The notes beneath the pieces are model-generated. The model saw only the letters and a list, made by a program, of their open reading frames with translations, was not told the origin of the DNA and searched no databases. From Chloroflexota bacterium (GTDB taxonomy: Bacteria; Chloroflexota; UBA11872; VXOZ01): 64,000 bases of DNA. A program made the position numbers and the translations under genes. Shown here one piece after another: positions 1 through 9,410 of this stretch. Position 1 is the stretch's first letter. Each line of letters starts with the position of its first letter. The stretch covers positions 1,568,001 to 1,632,000 of the forward strand of contig OZ244922.1 in the NCBI GenBank assembly GCA_965221905.1, in the 5' to 3' direction.

Positions 1-675
1 GAACACCTGTAGCGCGAACGTCCAGCCATTGGTAAACGCGGTGGAGAGCGCAACCATGAGACCCACGGGCACGACAATAAAGGATAAGACTTGGTGGGGG
101 CCAAAGTAACTGGAAACGATGGGGCCGAAGCCAATGCGCCAAAACACGTCGTGTTTGGCTTGAAATCGACGTAGGAGCGCCATGACCGCTCCCAATGCGC
201 CCGCGCCGAGTATTACGGGCAAGATGTTCCATACCACTGCTACCACTGTTAGGACCACTCCGAACAACGTCCCGATCCCAATTGGGGTTTCAGAGTTGCG
301 GATCGTAAGCACGGCAATGATGACTACAACGAGGATTATGAGCGCCGCGGCGCCTTCTATAATCTGGAACGTGCGCATGCGTTCCCAAAAGCCGGAGAGA
401 ATGACAAGCGGTATAAGTACGATTGCAAAGAGCAGGGCGCCCGCCATCAGCGCCACCATCAGGGAATTCAGAATTGGAAACAATCCGACCGCAAGCGCCA
501 CCGGCACAGCGAATGCCAGCGGAGCAAGTGCACCCGCAATGCCGCCGGCCAGCAGTGTAACGCGCAAACTGGCGATCATAACCAAGGCGTCCGCGACCGT
601 GGCGGAGACGATCTCGTGACGCGAGAGGAAGCGCACGTCATCGGAAGAGCCACCCGTACCATACTGTTGTGCCAT
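1..675 (-). CDS. Multi-pass membrane protein, 3' end off window; probable paralog of 1783..2655
   Basis: Read manually: ATG at 675 opens a frame to the window edge (MAQQYGTGGSSDDVRFLSRHEIVSATVADALVMIASLRVTLLAGGIAGALAPLAFAV...) with several hydrophobic helices. Not in the ORF track because no stop is in the window. Confidence 0.75.
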   Translation of the reverse strand, partial: MAQQYGTGGSSDDVRFLSRHEIVSATVADALVMIASLRVTLLAGGIAGALAPLAFAVPVALAVGLFPILNSLMVALMAGALLFAIVLIPLVILSGFWERMRTFQIIEGAAALIILVVVIIAVLTIRNSETPIGIGTLFGVVLTVVAVVWNILPVILGAGALGAVMALLRRFQAKHDVFWRIGFGPIVSSYFGPHQVLSFIVVPVGLMVALSTAFTNGWTFALQVF

Positions 676-689
676 GCTCTTTCCTATTC

Positions 690-1733
690 TCAGGAGGGGT
701 GCGCGCGCACTGCTGCTTCATTGATGCTGAATAGTTCTGAGGCTGAATCAAGTGACGCGTGGATACCTATGGGAAGGGTTACTTTGGGGTCGGTGTGCCC
801 CAAATCGACTTGGCTGAGAATGGGAAAATCATACGCTGCGGTGTGCTGGGAGATGAGCCGGTCGAACATACGGGTTTCAAAAGCGGTTGCGTCATTGAGC
901 TTCCCAACGACAAGGCCTCGTATGTCGGCGAACACGCCCAGCATAGCGAGATGGGCAAGAGATTGGTCGACCTCCTGCAAAATGCTCGGTCCTGTTTTGA
1001 CTTCCTCAAGAAAGAGCACGGTGTCTTTGAACGAGGGCCGGAACGGTGTGCCCGCTAGGGTGCAAAGTGTCGCTAGATTGCCGCCAATCAAGCGGCCTTG
1101 CGCCCGGCCTGAGCGGAGCCAACGCCAGCCGTTCTGCTTCAACCGGGCGCGCGGTCTGTCATCGCGCGGATAGTCGGTTGTCCATTCTTCCGGCGGCCGG
1201 CAGGGGCCCGGCGCCGTCGCATTCAGGAGCACGTTCTCAAACTGGCGGTAACTATACGTGAACATCGTGGGAAACTCGCCAAAGCCATTCAAGAGCATCG
1301 GGCCGTGAAACGTGACGAGGCCGGTGCGGCTGTATATGCCGATGAGAAGTGCGGTGACGGCACTGTAGCCCAAAACAATCTTTGGCTTGTTAGCGAGGCA
1401 CTGCCAATCGAGATACGGCAGCAGCGCATTAGCGCCGCGGCCACCGACGAGCGCGATGACTGCCGTTATTGCCGGCTGAGCAAAGAAGTCATTGATCTCT
1501 TGTGCGCGCACCTTTGGGGGAACGTAGGTGTGCTTGCTCGCGTTCTTGATAGAGGGAGATACTTGTACGCGAAATCCCTGGCTCTCAAGGTGTGCGACGC
1601 CGCGGGCGAACTGCGCCTGGAATGCCGGGGGCACTGCCGGAGTGAACGGTGTTGCCGGGGCAATGATGCCAATCGTATCGCCAGCGGAAAGCTTAGGAGG
1701 CTTGATGACCTGGCTCCCCATCTGTCCCACCAT
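690..1733 (-). CDS. S66 peptidase (LD-carboxypeptidase / MccF-like)
   Basis: PPKLSAGDTIGIIAP start, GYS nucleophile, TFHGP, GRLIGGNL, LFLEE, DLGHT..TLPIG motifs. Confidence 0.9.
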   Translation of the reverse strand: MVGQMGSQVIKPPKLSAGDTIGIIAPATPFTPAVPPAFQAQFARGVAHLESQGFRVQVSPSIKNASKHTYVPPKVRAQEINDFFAQPAITAVIALVGGRGANALLPYLDWQCLANKPKIVLGYSAVTALLIGIYSRTGLVTFHGPMLLNGFGEFPTMFTYSYRQFENVLLNATAPGPCRPPEEWTTDYPRDDRPRARLKQNGWRWLRSGRAQGRLIGGNLATLCTLAGTPFRPSFKDTVLFLEEVKTGPSILQEVDQSLAHLAMLGVFADIRGLVVGKLNDATAFETRMFDRLISQHTAAYDFPILSQVDLGHTDPKVTLPIGIHASLDSASELFSINEAAVRAHPS

Positions 1734-1782
1734 GCTACTGACCCCGGTGATGGCGATACTGCGGATTCGGGGACGTTTGCGG

Positions 1783-2655
1783 TTAGATTACGAGGGACCT
1801 TGCGCCGGTGGCAGTGTACTCGTCCCACATTTCATCCTGCAAATCCCATGAAAGTGCTTCCACCTCGACCTCACGGATGCCGACGACACGCCGTGCGACT
1901 TGGCGCGCCCGCTTTATTTGTTCCGGTGTGCGGAACCAGCCTTGTATCAGCGCTTTGTGGCCGTCCTCGCTCACGGCAAGGTCACCGATGATGCAGCCAA
2001 AGAGATCGCTATCGTTGTGCAGGACGAATGAAAGACCGAGGGTGCGGCGGAACCAGACCGCCGAGCCTACCCACGATTGGAGCATGCCTTCAAACCAGCC
2101 ATTCCAATACTGGTCGTACACCAAGCCGGAGAGCAGCCACACGGGCAAGAGGTATATGACCATAATCGGGAACTCTTTCCAAAACGCAAGCCCGAGAAAG
2201 AGTAACGGCACACCGATGAGGCTCAGGAGCAATCCGGGTAAAGTATCCCAGAGAGAATGCAGCGGCATGGGCTGCAGACGGTTCTCAACAGAGCGCAAGT
2301 TAAGACGGGCTTTGACCAGACCTAAGAGGCCGCTAATCAACAGGGCGGGCCAGAGCGCCACGAGGATCGAGACCCAGCCAAAGGTGTGGGAAAGGACGAG
2401 AGAGAAGACCCCGACGACATTGAGCGTAAATAGCATCACCATGATCGGCCAGATGGCGATCACGATCATGATCACGGCAAAGAGGCCGGCAAAGACACCC
2501 GCTCCCGCGATGAAACCGGCAATGAGGGGGATGCGCCTGTCGGCGACGAGCAGCGTTGTTTCATGAGGTGTACCGGTCACCCACTCCTCGCGGCGGAGCG
2601 CTCGCTGCTGTGTCCACTCGTGCGGATCCCACCACGGTAACTGTTTGGCCAGCAT
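1783..2655 (-). CDS. Membrane protein with C-terminal BON-like domain
   Basis: GGGGAG RBS before ATG 2655; 4-5 TM helices; C-terminal ALIQGWFRTPEQIKRARQVARRVVGIREV resembles the BON signature. Confidence 0.65.
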   Translation of the reverse strand: MLAKQLPWWDPHEWTQQRALRREEWVTGTPHETTLLVADRRIPLIAGFIAGAGVFAGLFAVIMIVIAIWPIMVMLFTLNVVGVFSLVLSHTFGWVSILVALWPALLISGLLGLVKARLNLRSVENRLQPMPLHSLWDTLPGLLLSLIGVPLLFLGLAFWKEFPIMVIYLLPVWLLSGLVYDQYWNGWFEGMLQSWVGSAVWFRRTLGLSFVLHNDSDLFGCIIGDLAVSEDGHKALIQGWFRTPEQIKRARQVARRVVGIREVEVEALSWDLQDEMWDEYTATGARSLVI

Positions 2656-2785
2656 AGCCTGCTCTCCCCTACTGCCCCGACAGTGCGCTTTCAAGCTAAT
2701 GATACTACGTTGAGGGCCAAATATATACTACCGTCTCGTTTGCCAAGCTTCTCCGCGACCCTGGAACTTCAAATTGTGATGGCAA

Positions 2786-3616
2786 TCAGCCTGTGCGCGG
2801 GTCTGAAGCCCGCCTGCGGAACATCCACGTGGCCAACGGCATGGCAGTCACGATAATTGCGACGCACCATACCAGTGCCAGCCACCCGCTATTGCCGATT
2901 GGGGTGCCGACCATCCAGGCGCGCATGGCTTCGATAACGTGGGTAATCGGCTGGTTCTCGGCGAAGACGCGCAGTACGGTCGGCATGCTCTCAGTGGGGA
3001 CGAAGGCGCTGCTGGCAAACGTGAGCGGCATAAGCACCATGAAACCGACCCATTGCGCAGCTTCCAACGATTTGACCACCATACCCAATATGGCCGAAAT
3101 CCAGGAAATCGCGAGCGTAAAGAGCAGCAGCAGGCCGAATACCAAGAACCACTCGACGAGATCCGCCGTGGGGCGAAAGCCAACGAGAAAGCTTGCCGCA
3201 AGCATGATCACAGCCGAAATGGTATTGCGTGCGAGATCGGCGATTACGTGTGCTGCGAGAAGGGCGGAACTGGCCATGGGGAGCGCGCGAAAGCGGTCGA
3301 CAATGCCGCGCTGCAAATCTACCAACACGCTGATCGTGGTCGTATTCGCCCCGAAGGCGGCCGTCTGGACCAAAATTCCGGCGACAAGAAAGTTGACATA
3401 ACTTGTTTCGCCCGTGTTGATTGCGCCGCCGAAGACGTATCGAAAGAGCAACAAGAACATCACAGGCATAAGGAAAACGGAAAGCAACTGATCGGTGTTG
3501 CGTATTATGTGCGTGAGGCTGCGTTTCGTCAGCACCCAGGAGTTGTCGAACGTCCAGAAAATTTCCGGGCGTACTTCAGGTTGCGTGTTGGCGAGCAGGG
3601 AAACCTGTTGCTTCAT
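2786..3616 (-). CDS. ABC-2 exporter permease (DrrB-like)
   Basis: GIVDRFRALP, FASSAFVPTESMP..LRVFAENQP, 6 TM; overlaps the ATPase stop. Confidence 0.92.
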   Translation of the reverse strand: MKQQVSLLANTQPEVRPEIFWTFDNSWVLTKRSLTHIIRNTDQLLSVFLMPVMFLLLFRYVFGGAINTGETSYVNFLVAGILVQTAAFGANTTTISVLVDLQRGIVDRFRALPMASSALLAAHVIADLARNTISAVIMLAASFLVGFRPTADLVEWFLVFGLLLLFTLAISWISAILGMVVKSLEAAQWVGFMVLMPLTFASSAFVPTESMPTVLRVFAENQPITHVIEAMRAWMVGTPIGNSGWLALVWCVAIIVTAMPLATWMFRRRASDPRTG

Positions 3617-4641
3617 TCAGCGCTCTTCTCCTGATTTTCAGCTAGTTCTTCGTTGGATTGCGGCGTAGCCGCTGCCCCGGTGAGTGTGAGAAAGACGTCA
3701 TCCAGGGTCGGTCGGTGCAATGAGATGCTCTCCACGGCAACGTCGGCATCCTCCAGCCGCTGCAACACCTCTCTCAGTTCGTGCACGCCGCTTTGGCTGG
3801 CAATGCTGATCAGACGCCGCTTCCTATCGGAGTGCAACGCCTGGCCGTCCAGCGTTTGCTCTGCCCGTGCAAAACCACTGTCTGCGGCGATTGTAATATC
3901 CAGGCGGTCAGTGCCGATGCGGGCTTTCAGCTCGTCTGCCGTCCCGGCGGCAATCACCAGACCGTGATCGATAACGACGATTTGGTCCGCCAGTTGGTCG
4001 GCTTCCTCCATATATTGCGTCGTCAGCAAGATGGTGACGTCACCGGCGGATAGCCGCTTGATCATGTCCCATAGCGTCAAACGACTGCGCGGATCGAGCC
4101 CTGTGGTGGGCTCGTCCAAGAAGAGCACCGGCGGCGAAGCAATGAGGCTCATAGCTAGGTCGAGGCGGCGGCGCATTCCACCGGAGTAGGTCTTCACAGT
4201 GCGCCGGGCTGCGTCGGTCAGTTCGAATAATTCTAGGAGATCGCGGGTGCGGCGCTTGGTGTCCGGTTTGCTCAGGCGGTAGAGCCGTCCCAGCATTAGG
4301 AGGTTCTCTTCCCCTGTCAAGTACTCGTCCACTGCCGCGTACTGGCCGGTGAGTCCAATGCTCTTGCGCACTTGGTCCGCCTCGCGGGTCACGTCGTAGC
4401 CATTTACGCTGGCCCGACCGCCGTCGGGCGGCAGCAGTGTGCTTAGTATGCGAATGATGGTGGTCTTGCCGGCGCCGTTCGGGCCGAGCAGTGCCAAGAT
4501 GCTCCCTCGATCAACGGTAAGGTCTATTCCTTTGAGCACTTCCAAGTCCTTGAATGACTTGCGCAATCCGGCAACGGCAATCGCGCTGTTGCGGATGTCG
4601 GACTCGGTTGTCGCGGCCAATGAAGGTAGGGTTTCGGTCAT
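3613..4641 (-). CDS. ABC exporter ATP-binding protein (DrrA-like)
   Basis: GPNGAGKTT, YSGGMRRR, LFLDEPTTGLDP, TTQYMEEAD, C-terminal PTLDDVFL. Confidence 0.95.
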   Translation of the reverse strand: MTETLPSLAATTESDIRNSAIAVAGLRKSFKDLEVLKGIDLTVDRGSILALLGPNGAGKTTIIRILSTLLPPDGGRASVNGYDVTREADQVRKSIGLTGQYAAVDEYLTGEENLLMLGRLYRLSKPDTKRRTRDLLELFELTDAARRTVKTYSGGMRRRLDLAMSLIASPPVLFLDEPTTGLDPRSRLTLWDMIKRLSAGDVTILLTTQYMEEADQLADQIVVIDHGLVIAAGTADELKARIGTDRLDITIAADSGFARAEQTLDGQALHSDRKRRLISIASQSGVHELREVLQRLEDADVAVESISLHRPTLDDVFLTLTGAAATPQSNEELAENQEKSAE

Positions 4642-4853
4642 TGCAGCTCCTTCAATGCGATAGATGCTGGTTCACTGGTGTTTGTGTTGTGTTAAATTCA
4701 ATCCTGTCGCGGAATCGCAACGGTTGTTCGGCAAGAGTGAATCGATCGCTGAGAGGGGCAGACCCAGTCATGGCCCCCGCTAGAGCTTGCGCCGAGAAAT
4801 AGCGCGCCCTGCAGGTATTGCTGAGAGGCATCTAATGGCGAAAGATATGCGTG

Positions 4854-5420
4854 CTACGCTTTGTCGGTTAGCTCTTTTGCGTAGCCGAACATTTTGTTCT
4901 TGGCTGTCAGCCGGACAAGGTGGTTGAGGCGTTTTGTAAACTCCTCCGGTCGGTTGCGCGCGGTTTCGATGAAAGCCACGCGGATGCGCTGATAGTCCTG
5001 AGAGAAGCCTCGAAAGTTCCGCCAGGTTAGCTCATCAATTTTCAAGGCAGCCTCGATATCCGGCGGTATTTCGAACGGTTCGTCAATGAGAACACCTTGC
5101 GCGGCGGCTAGTCCCGCAGGAGTCATCTTGCCTTCGGCGATAAGATTGCGCAGGCGCACCCGATTGGTCTCCGACCAGTTGCTACCCGGCTTGCGTGGAG
5201 AAAACCGCTGTGCAAAGCGCTCTTCATCGATGCCCTTTTGCCGGCTGTCTATCCAGCCAAAGCAAAGCGCCTCTTCCACGGCGGTGTTATACGAGACGCG
5301 CGGCTTGCCGGTGGCTTTGCGGTAGTAGATGAGCCAAATTTCCTTGGCGTGGGCATGGTGCTCATGCAGCCATGTCCGCCACTCCAGTCTATTCTTGGCG
5401 TAGAAGATTTCCAAAGCCAA
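4854..5420 (-). CDS. YdeI/OmpD-associated family protein
   Basis: WRTWL..HH, AVEEALCFGWIDS, FSPRKPGSNWS..N, MTPAG. Confidence 0.9.
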   Translation of the reverse strand: MALEIFYAKNRLEWRTWLHEHHAHAKEIWLIYYRKATGKPRVSYNTAVEEALCFGWIDSRQKGIDEERFAQRFSPRKPGSNWSETNRVRLRNLIAEGKMTPAGLAAAQGVLIDEPFEIPPDIEAALKIDELTWRNFRGFSQDYQRIRVAFIETARNRPEEFTKRLNHLVRLTAKNKMFGYAKELTDKA

Positions 5421-5498
5421 GGCATCCGATTATAAGGGTGGATAACAATACATGAACTCCCATGCAACCTGTTCCTGTGTGCGGCTCAGGTCTCAAAG

Positions 5499-5523
5499 AG
5501 CGGGGGACAAGCCCCCGCGCTAC
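5499..5523 (-). repeat. GTAG-type REP palindrome
   Basis: Reverse complement GTAGCGCGGGGGCTTGTCCCCCGCT, intergenic. Confidence 0.6.
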
Positions 5524-5733
5524 GATTACTACTGCTCATTTGTAGGAAATTTCAAAGAATAGGTATTTTCCAGGTGGCAAGTCTCCATGCAATACAAGCC
5601 TGCAAGCGTGCCGTCTATGATTGGAGAATTCCCAAACGACGTAGGGCGAAGCCCCCGTTCTCAAACTCGCCGCCGGGCGATTGTTTGAGCGCCTGCCAAG
5701 CCGCTATCTCCGCGAAACTTGCACGGTGCTCTG

Positions 5734-6231
5734 CTATTCCACGTCGTCCATTGGAGGCTCAGGAGCAGGTTCGATGAGTGCGAGTGGTTGGCCGTATTCA
5801 ACGGGCTGCCTCGATTCCACCAGAAAGCGCTCAAGCGTACCGGCATACGGCGCGTGGACTTCGTTGAGCACATTGAGTACCTCAATATAGCCCAGCAACT
5901 GCCCTTCCTCCACCGCCGCGCCCTCTTCGATGACGGCAAGTTGCTCCTGGTTGCGGCTGCGGGAAAAGACGCCAACTCTGCCCGCGTGCACGACTTGCAT
6001 CTGCGGCTCGGACTCTCTCACTGTTGGCGGTGGGGGCGACGACACTGTGGACACCATCTGCGCTGTGCGCTTGATCGCTACCCGCACACCGCCCTGTTCG
6101 AGAGATAGCTCTTCAACGTCAGTATCAGTGATGAGATCCAGCAGCGGCTTGAGACGTTCTTGCACAATCCAAGAGAGAGCGGTGGCTTGCCCTGAGGAAG
6201 TGTCTTCTGTTTCTTGGCTCTTCTCGCCCAC
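5734..6231 (-). CDS. accB: Biotin carboxyl carrier protein homologue lacking the biotinyl lysine
   Basis: N-terminal DVEELSLE, Pro-rich linker, biotinyl/lipoyl fold (GQLLGYIE..NEVHAP, VEYGQPL); directly after efp; EAMKM replaced by EVLNV. Confidence 0.8.
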   Translation of the reverse strand: MGEKSQETEDTSSGQATALSWIVQERLKPLLDLITDTDVEELSLEQGGVRVAIKRTAQMVSTVSSPPPPTVRESEPQMQVVHAGRVGVFSRSRNQEQLAVIEEGAAVEEGQLLGYIEVLNVLNEVHAPYAGTLERFLVESRQPVEYGQPLALIEPAPEPPMDDVE

Positions 6232-6794
6232 TAGGAACGTACCCGTTCAATATAGTTGTTCGTACGCGTATCAACCCGTATCGAGTCGCCCACGTTTACG
6301 AAGAGCGGCACGTTGACCACCAGTCCGGTCTCCACTGTTGCGGGTTTTGTGCCACCAGCGGCAGTATCCCCCTTAACGCCCGGAGCGGTATCGGTAACTT
6401 CAAGCCCGATTGACGGCGGCAACGCCACGTCGAGGACGCGCTCGCCATGCATCTCAAGCTCGACAGTAGCTCCGTCCTTGAGGTAATTCACCGCGTTATC
6501 CAGTAGAGCGCCATCTACGAGGATCTCGTCGTAGGACTCCGTATCCATGAAATGGAAAACGTCATCCTCTCGATAGAGGAACTGGGCCTGGCGTTGCTCA
6601 AGCCGAATTCGAGGAAAGCGCGCACCGGCATCGCACGTGCGATCGATGATGTGGCCGTCCTGCACGTGGCGGAGTTTGAGTCGTACCACGGCGCCGCCGC
6701 GCCCCATCTTGATGTGCTTCACATCTTCCAGTCGATAGATAGCGTTCTCGTACTCGATTACGACACCTCGTCGTAGGTTTCCGGTTTCGATCAA
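6231..6794 (-). CDS. efp: Translation elongation factor P
   Basis: HIKMGRGGA loop, FMDTESYDE, PGVKGDTA.GGTKPATVETG..V.VPLFV..GD.IRVDTR. Confidence 0.98.
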   Translation of the reverse strand: MIETGNLRRGVVIEYENAIYRLEDVKHIKMGRGGAVVRLKLRHVQDGHIIDRTCDAGARFPRIRLEQRQAQFLYREDDVFHFMDTESYDEILVDGALLDNAVNYLKDGATVELEMHGERVLDVALPPSIGLEVTDTAPGVKGDTAAGGTKPATVETGLVVNVPLFVNVGDSIRVDTRTNNYIERVRS

Positions 6795-6824
6795 CGCGCA
6801 ATGCCTCCCAAAATTCTGTACTTG

Positions 6825-7913
6825 CTAATAGGTCAACTTTGGCGATCCGGTGAGAATATCGGCACCGTCATCGCGCAACAACACCAAGTCCTCAATGCGC
6901 ACACCACCCACACCGGGCAGGTAGACACCCGGTTCGATAGAAACAACGGCGCCGGCAGGGAGTGGTGTATCGTCTGCCAGCGGCGAGAGACGTGGTGCTT
7001 CGTGGATTTCCAAGCCCACGCCGTGTCCAAGTCCATGTCCGAAATGGTCGCCGTGTCCGGCTGACACGATCACCTCCCTTGCCAAGGCGTCGGCTTCTGC
7101 CCCTGTCATGCCCGCTCGTACCTGTGCCTCCGCCGCTTCTTGAGCCTTCAAGACAAGCCGGTACACGGCTTGCATCTCCGGAGAGGGTGTGCCGAGCACT
7201 ACAGTGCGGGTCATGTCAGAGCAATATCCATCGGCGATGCAGCCGAAGTCCATCACAATGAATTTATCTGAAGGGATGATGTCGTTCCCGGGACGATGGT
7301 GCGGCATGGCGCCGTTGGGGCCGGCCGCGACAATGGAAGGAAAGGAAAGCCCTTCCGCGCCGCCTTCGCGCATGAGCACTTCCAAGCGCCACGCTACGGC
7401 TTTCTCGGTCACCCCGGGACGCAGCCACGCGAGTAGCTCGGCAAGCGCGCTGTCGGCAATCCTAATGGCACGTTGGAGCGCCGCCACCTCGTCCGATTCT
7501 TTAGCCACGCGGAGATTCTCCACCGCGCCTCGAGACCCGATGAGTTCAACTTCATCTTCAAGCGCCTCGCGGTACGAATCATAGGTTGCAACACTGACGT
7601 GCTCGGATTCGAACGCCAAACTCCCTAAGTCGTGCTGTTTGCAGAGGTCCAAGAGTAGCGGGGCCATTGGCCCGGCCTGAGGCACGACCGTGAATGTTTG
7701 CGCTTGCCTGCCCGCCTGCTCGGTGTAGCGGGAGTCTGTGATGAGAAGGGCGCTGGCGGCGCTAATCAGCAGCCATCCGGACGAGCCCGTGAATCCCGAT
7801 AAATAGCGGCGGTTATAGTCATTGCTGACAAGGAACGCATCCGCCTCAGACGTCTGAAGCCAGTCACGCGCTCTCTGTACGCGTTGGGCGGTTGAAGATG
7901 GGGCTAGGCTCAT
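6825..7913 (-). CDS. Xaa-Pro aminopeptidase (M24B)
   Basis: YLSGFTGSSG, DSRY, DFG...DGYCSDMTRT, HGLGHGVGLEIHE, EPGVYLPG.GGVRIED; pepP-efp synteny; start placed at ATG 7913. Confidence 0.93.
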   Translation of the reverse strand: MSLAPSSTAQRVQRARDWLQTSEADAFLVSNDYNRRYLSGFTGSSGWLLISAASALLITDSRYTEQAGRQAQTFTVVPQAGPMAPLLLDLCKQHDLGSLAFESEHVSVATYDSYREALEDEVELIGSRGAVENLRVAKESDEVAALQRAIRIADSALAELLAWLRPGVTEKAVAWRLEVLMREGGAEGLSFPSIVAAGPNGAMPHHRPGNDIIPSDKFIVMDFGCIADGYCSDMTRTVVLGTPSPEMQAVYRLVLKAQEAAEAQVRAGMTGAEADALAREVIVSAGHGDHFGHGLGHGVGLEIHEAPRLSPLADDTPLPAGAVVSIEPGVYLPGVGGVRIEDLVLLRDDGADILTGSPKLTY

Positions 7914-7986
7914 TGATGCAGTGCGAGTGGTAGGTGCGAATACTATTTCCATCCAATTGTAGCACGCCATCCGGCCTAGAGTTAGG

Positions 7987-8715
7987 CTATGGCTGGGGTA
8001 GCGCAAGGATTGCACTAAGGTCGATGAGCCAGCGCGCCATGCGGCCGGTAACGTTTATCTCCACCCAGGCGGCAAGAACAAGCAGGGGGATGACAAGAAA
8101 GACATACCCTTTGATGGTATTTGCCGCGGCCCATACCACATTTTCTGTGGCGCTTAGGGAACTCACAGGTCGAAACAACGACCACGCCAGGCGCATTGAG
8201 AGGGCACTGCCAAACGCAATGGCAGGCAATTCGAACACGCCGTGGGGCAGAACGAGCACTAGGCCGACAAGCACCTTTAGGGGAGCAATCATATCGATCT
8301 GCACGGCCAGCATGCCCAGAATTACTCCAGGCAGTGTTGCCACAATCAGCGGGTAGAGACCGAGCGTGAGGACGGCGAGCACAGGGCTAAGGAGCAACAC
8401 CCGCAGGTTATTGCGCAGGATAGCCGCAGTTGAAATCGACTCTGCGCCGCCAAGACTCTCGATCTGCTCGGCGTAAGCACGGAGGAGGGATTCGGTCGCG
8501 AAAGGATTGGTCTTGGCAAGGATAGCCCCGGCGACAATACCAACAAAGAAAACACCGGCGGTTAAGAGTATTAACCACCGGTTGAAGGCTAGGAGAGCAG
8601 GTATGTCTTGCGCATAGATGCGAATCAGAGTGAAACGATTTCCAGGTGCGCGGGGAGCGCCTTTTTCGTCACAGACGGCGGTTCCCAACCAGCGAAGTCG
8701 CTCCCACATTAGCAA
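7987..8715 (-). CDS. Stage II sporulation protein M (SpoIIM/DUF95) family membrane protein
   Basis: ILRNNLRV, LPHGVFELPAI, LVLAAWVEINVT. Confidence 0.88.
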   Translation of the reverse strand: MLMWERLRWLGTAVCDEKGAPRAPGNRFTLIRIYAQDIPALLAFNRWLILLTAGVFFVGIVAGAILAKTNPFATESLLRAYAEQIESLGGAESISTAAILRNNLRVLLLSPVLAVLTLGLYPLIVATLPGVILGMLAVQIDMIAPLKVLVGLVLVLPHGVFELPAIAFGSALSMRLAWSLFRPVSSLSATENVVWAAANTIKGYVFLVIPLLVLAAWVEINVTGRMARWLIDLSAILALPQP

Positions 8716-8721
8716 AGTGTG

Positions 8722-8994
8722 CTAGCTCTTCTTGGATGCGTCCTCGCTGCTTGCAGCCTGCTCGGACTCCTCTTTCTTATCACTAGATTCCGCTTCGGAA
8801 GCGGCAGATGAATCGGCTTTCTTTTCCTCACCTGAATCGCCGGATTCTTCATCTTCATCCTTCATCGCAGTGCGGAATTCGCGGATGCTCTTGCCCAGCG
8901 AACCTCCCAGACCTGCGATCCGACTCCCCCCGAAGAGAATCACGATAATCACAAGGATGATGAGGAGCTCCGTCCACCCAAATGTGCCAAGCAT
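8722..8994 (-). CDS. tatA: Twin-arginine translocase TatA/E subunit
   Basis: GWTELLIILVIIVILFGG.RI..LG.SLGKSIREFR with acidic tail. Confidence 0.93.
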   Translation of the reverse strand: MLGTFGWTELLIILVIIVILFGGSRIAGLGGSLGKSIREFRTAMKDEDEESGDSGEEKKADSSAASEAESSDKKEESEQAASSEDASKKS

Positions 8995-9410
8995 TCCTGT
9001 TTGCCCTTTCATAAGCAATGATCGCTCTAGACTTGAATTCCATGATACGCGCCTGGCAACAGAGAATCAAATTGACTCTGGACTGGAAGCGGCGGCCAAT
9101 GCCCGGGCAAAACGCAAGCGGAGTGTGCAATTTCCACAGTCTGTGTTCTAGTGCGCAAGAGCAGGCAAGCTGCTATGCCGGAGCAGGTCTTCGAATCTAG
9201 TCTTGACAAACAAGGGCAGACTTTCCTCGAATGCATGCCGTCGAAACAGGCGGCAGAACCGCATCCGCGGCCGCTCAGGGCCGAGGCACGCGGTGGTGGA
9301 AAAGCGGTTGTTTCTGACATAGTGCTATGCTATCGTGAAAGTAGGATAAGGGTGCCGCATGTCCCAATTCGCTAGTGCAGCGGGTGCCATCCGATCGCGA
9401 GGCTAGACCT

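Noticed and set aside
182-2566. Plus-strand ORFs 182..619, 616..1173, 1305..1991 and 1808..2566
   Set aside because: Antisense shadows of the minus-strand membrane and S66 genes; no family motifs
7987-8715. SpoIIM as evidence of sporulation
   Set aside because: The family is widespread in non-sporulating prokaryotes and no other spo genes are present
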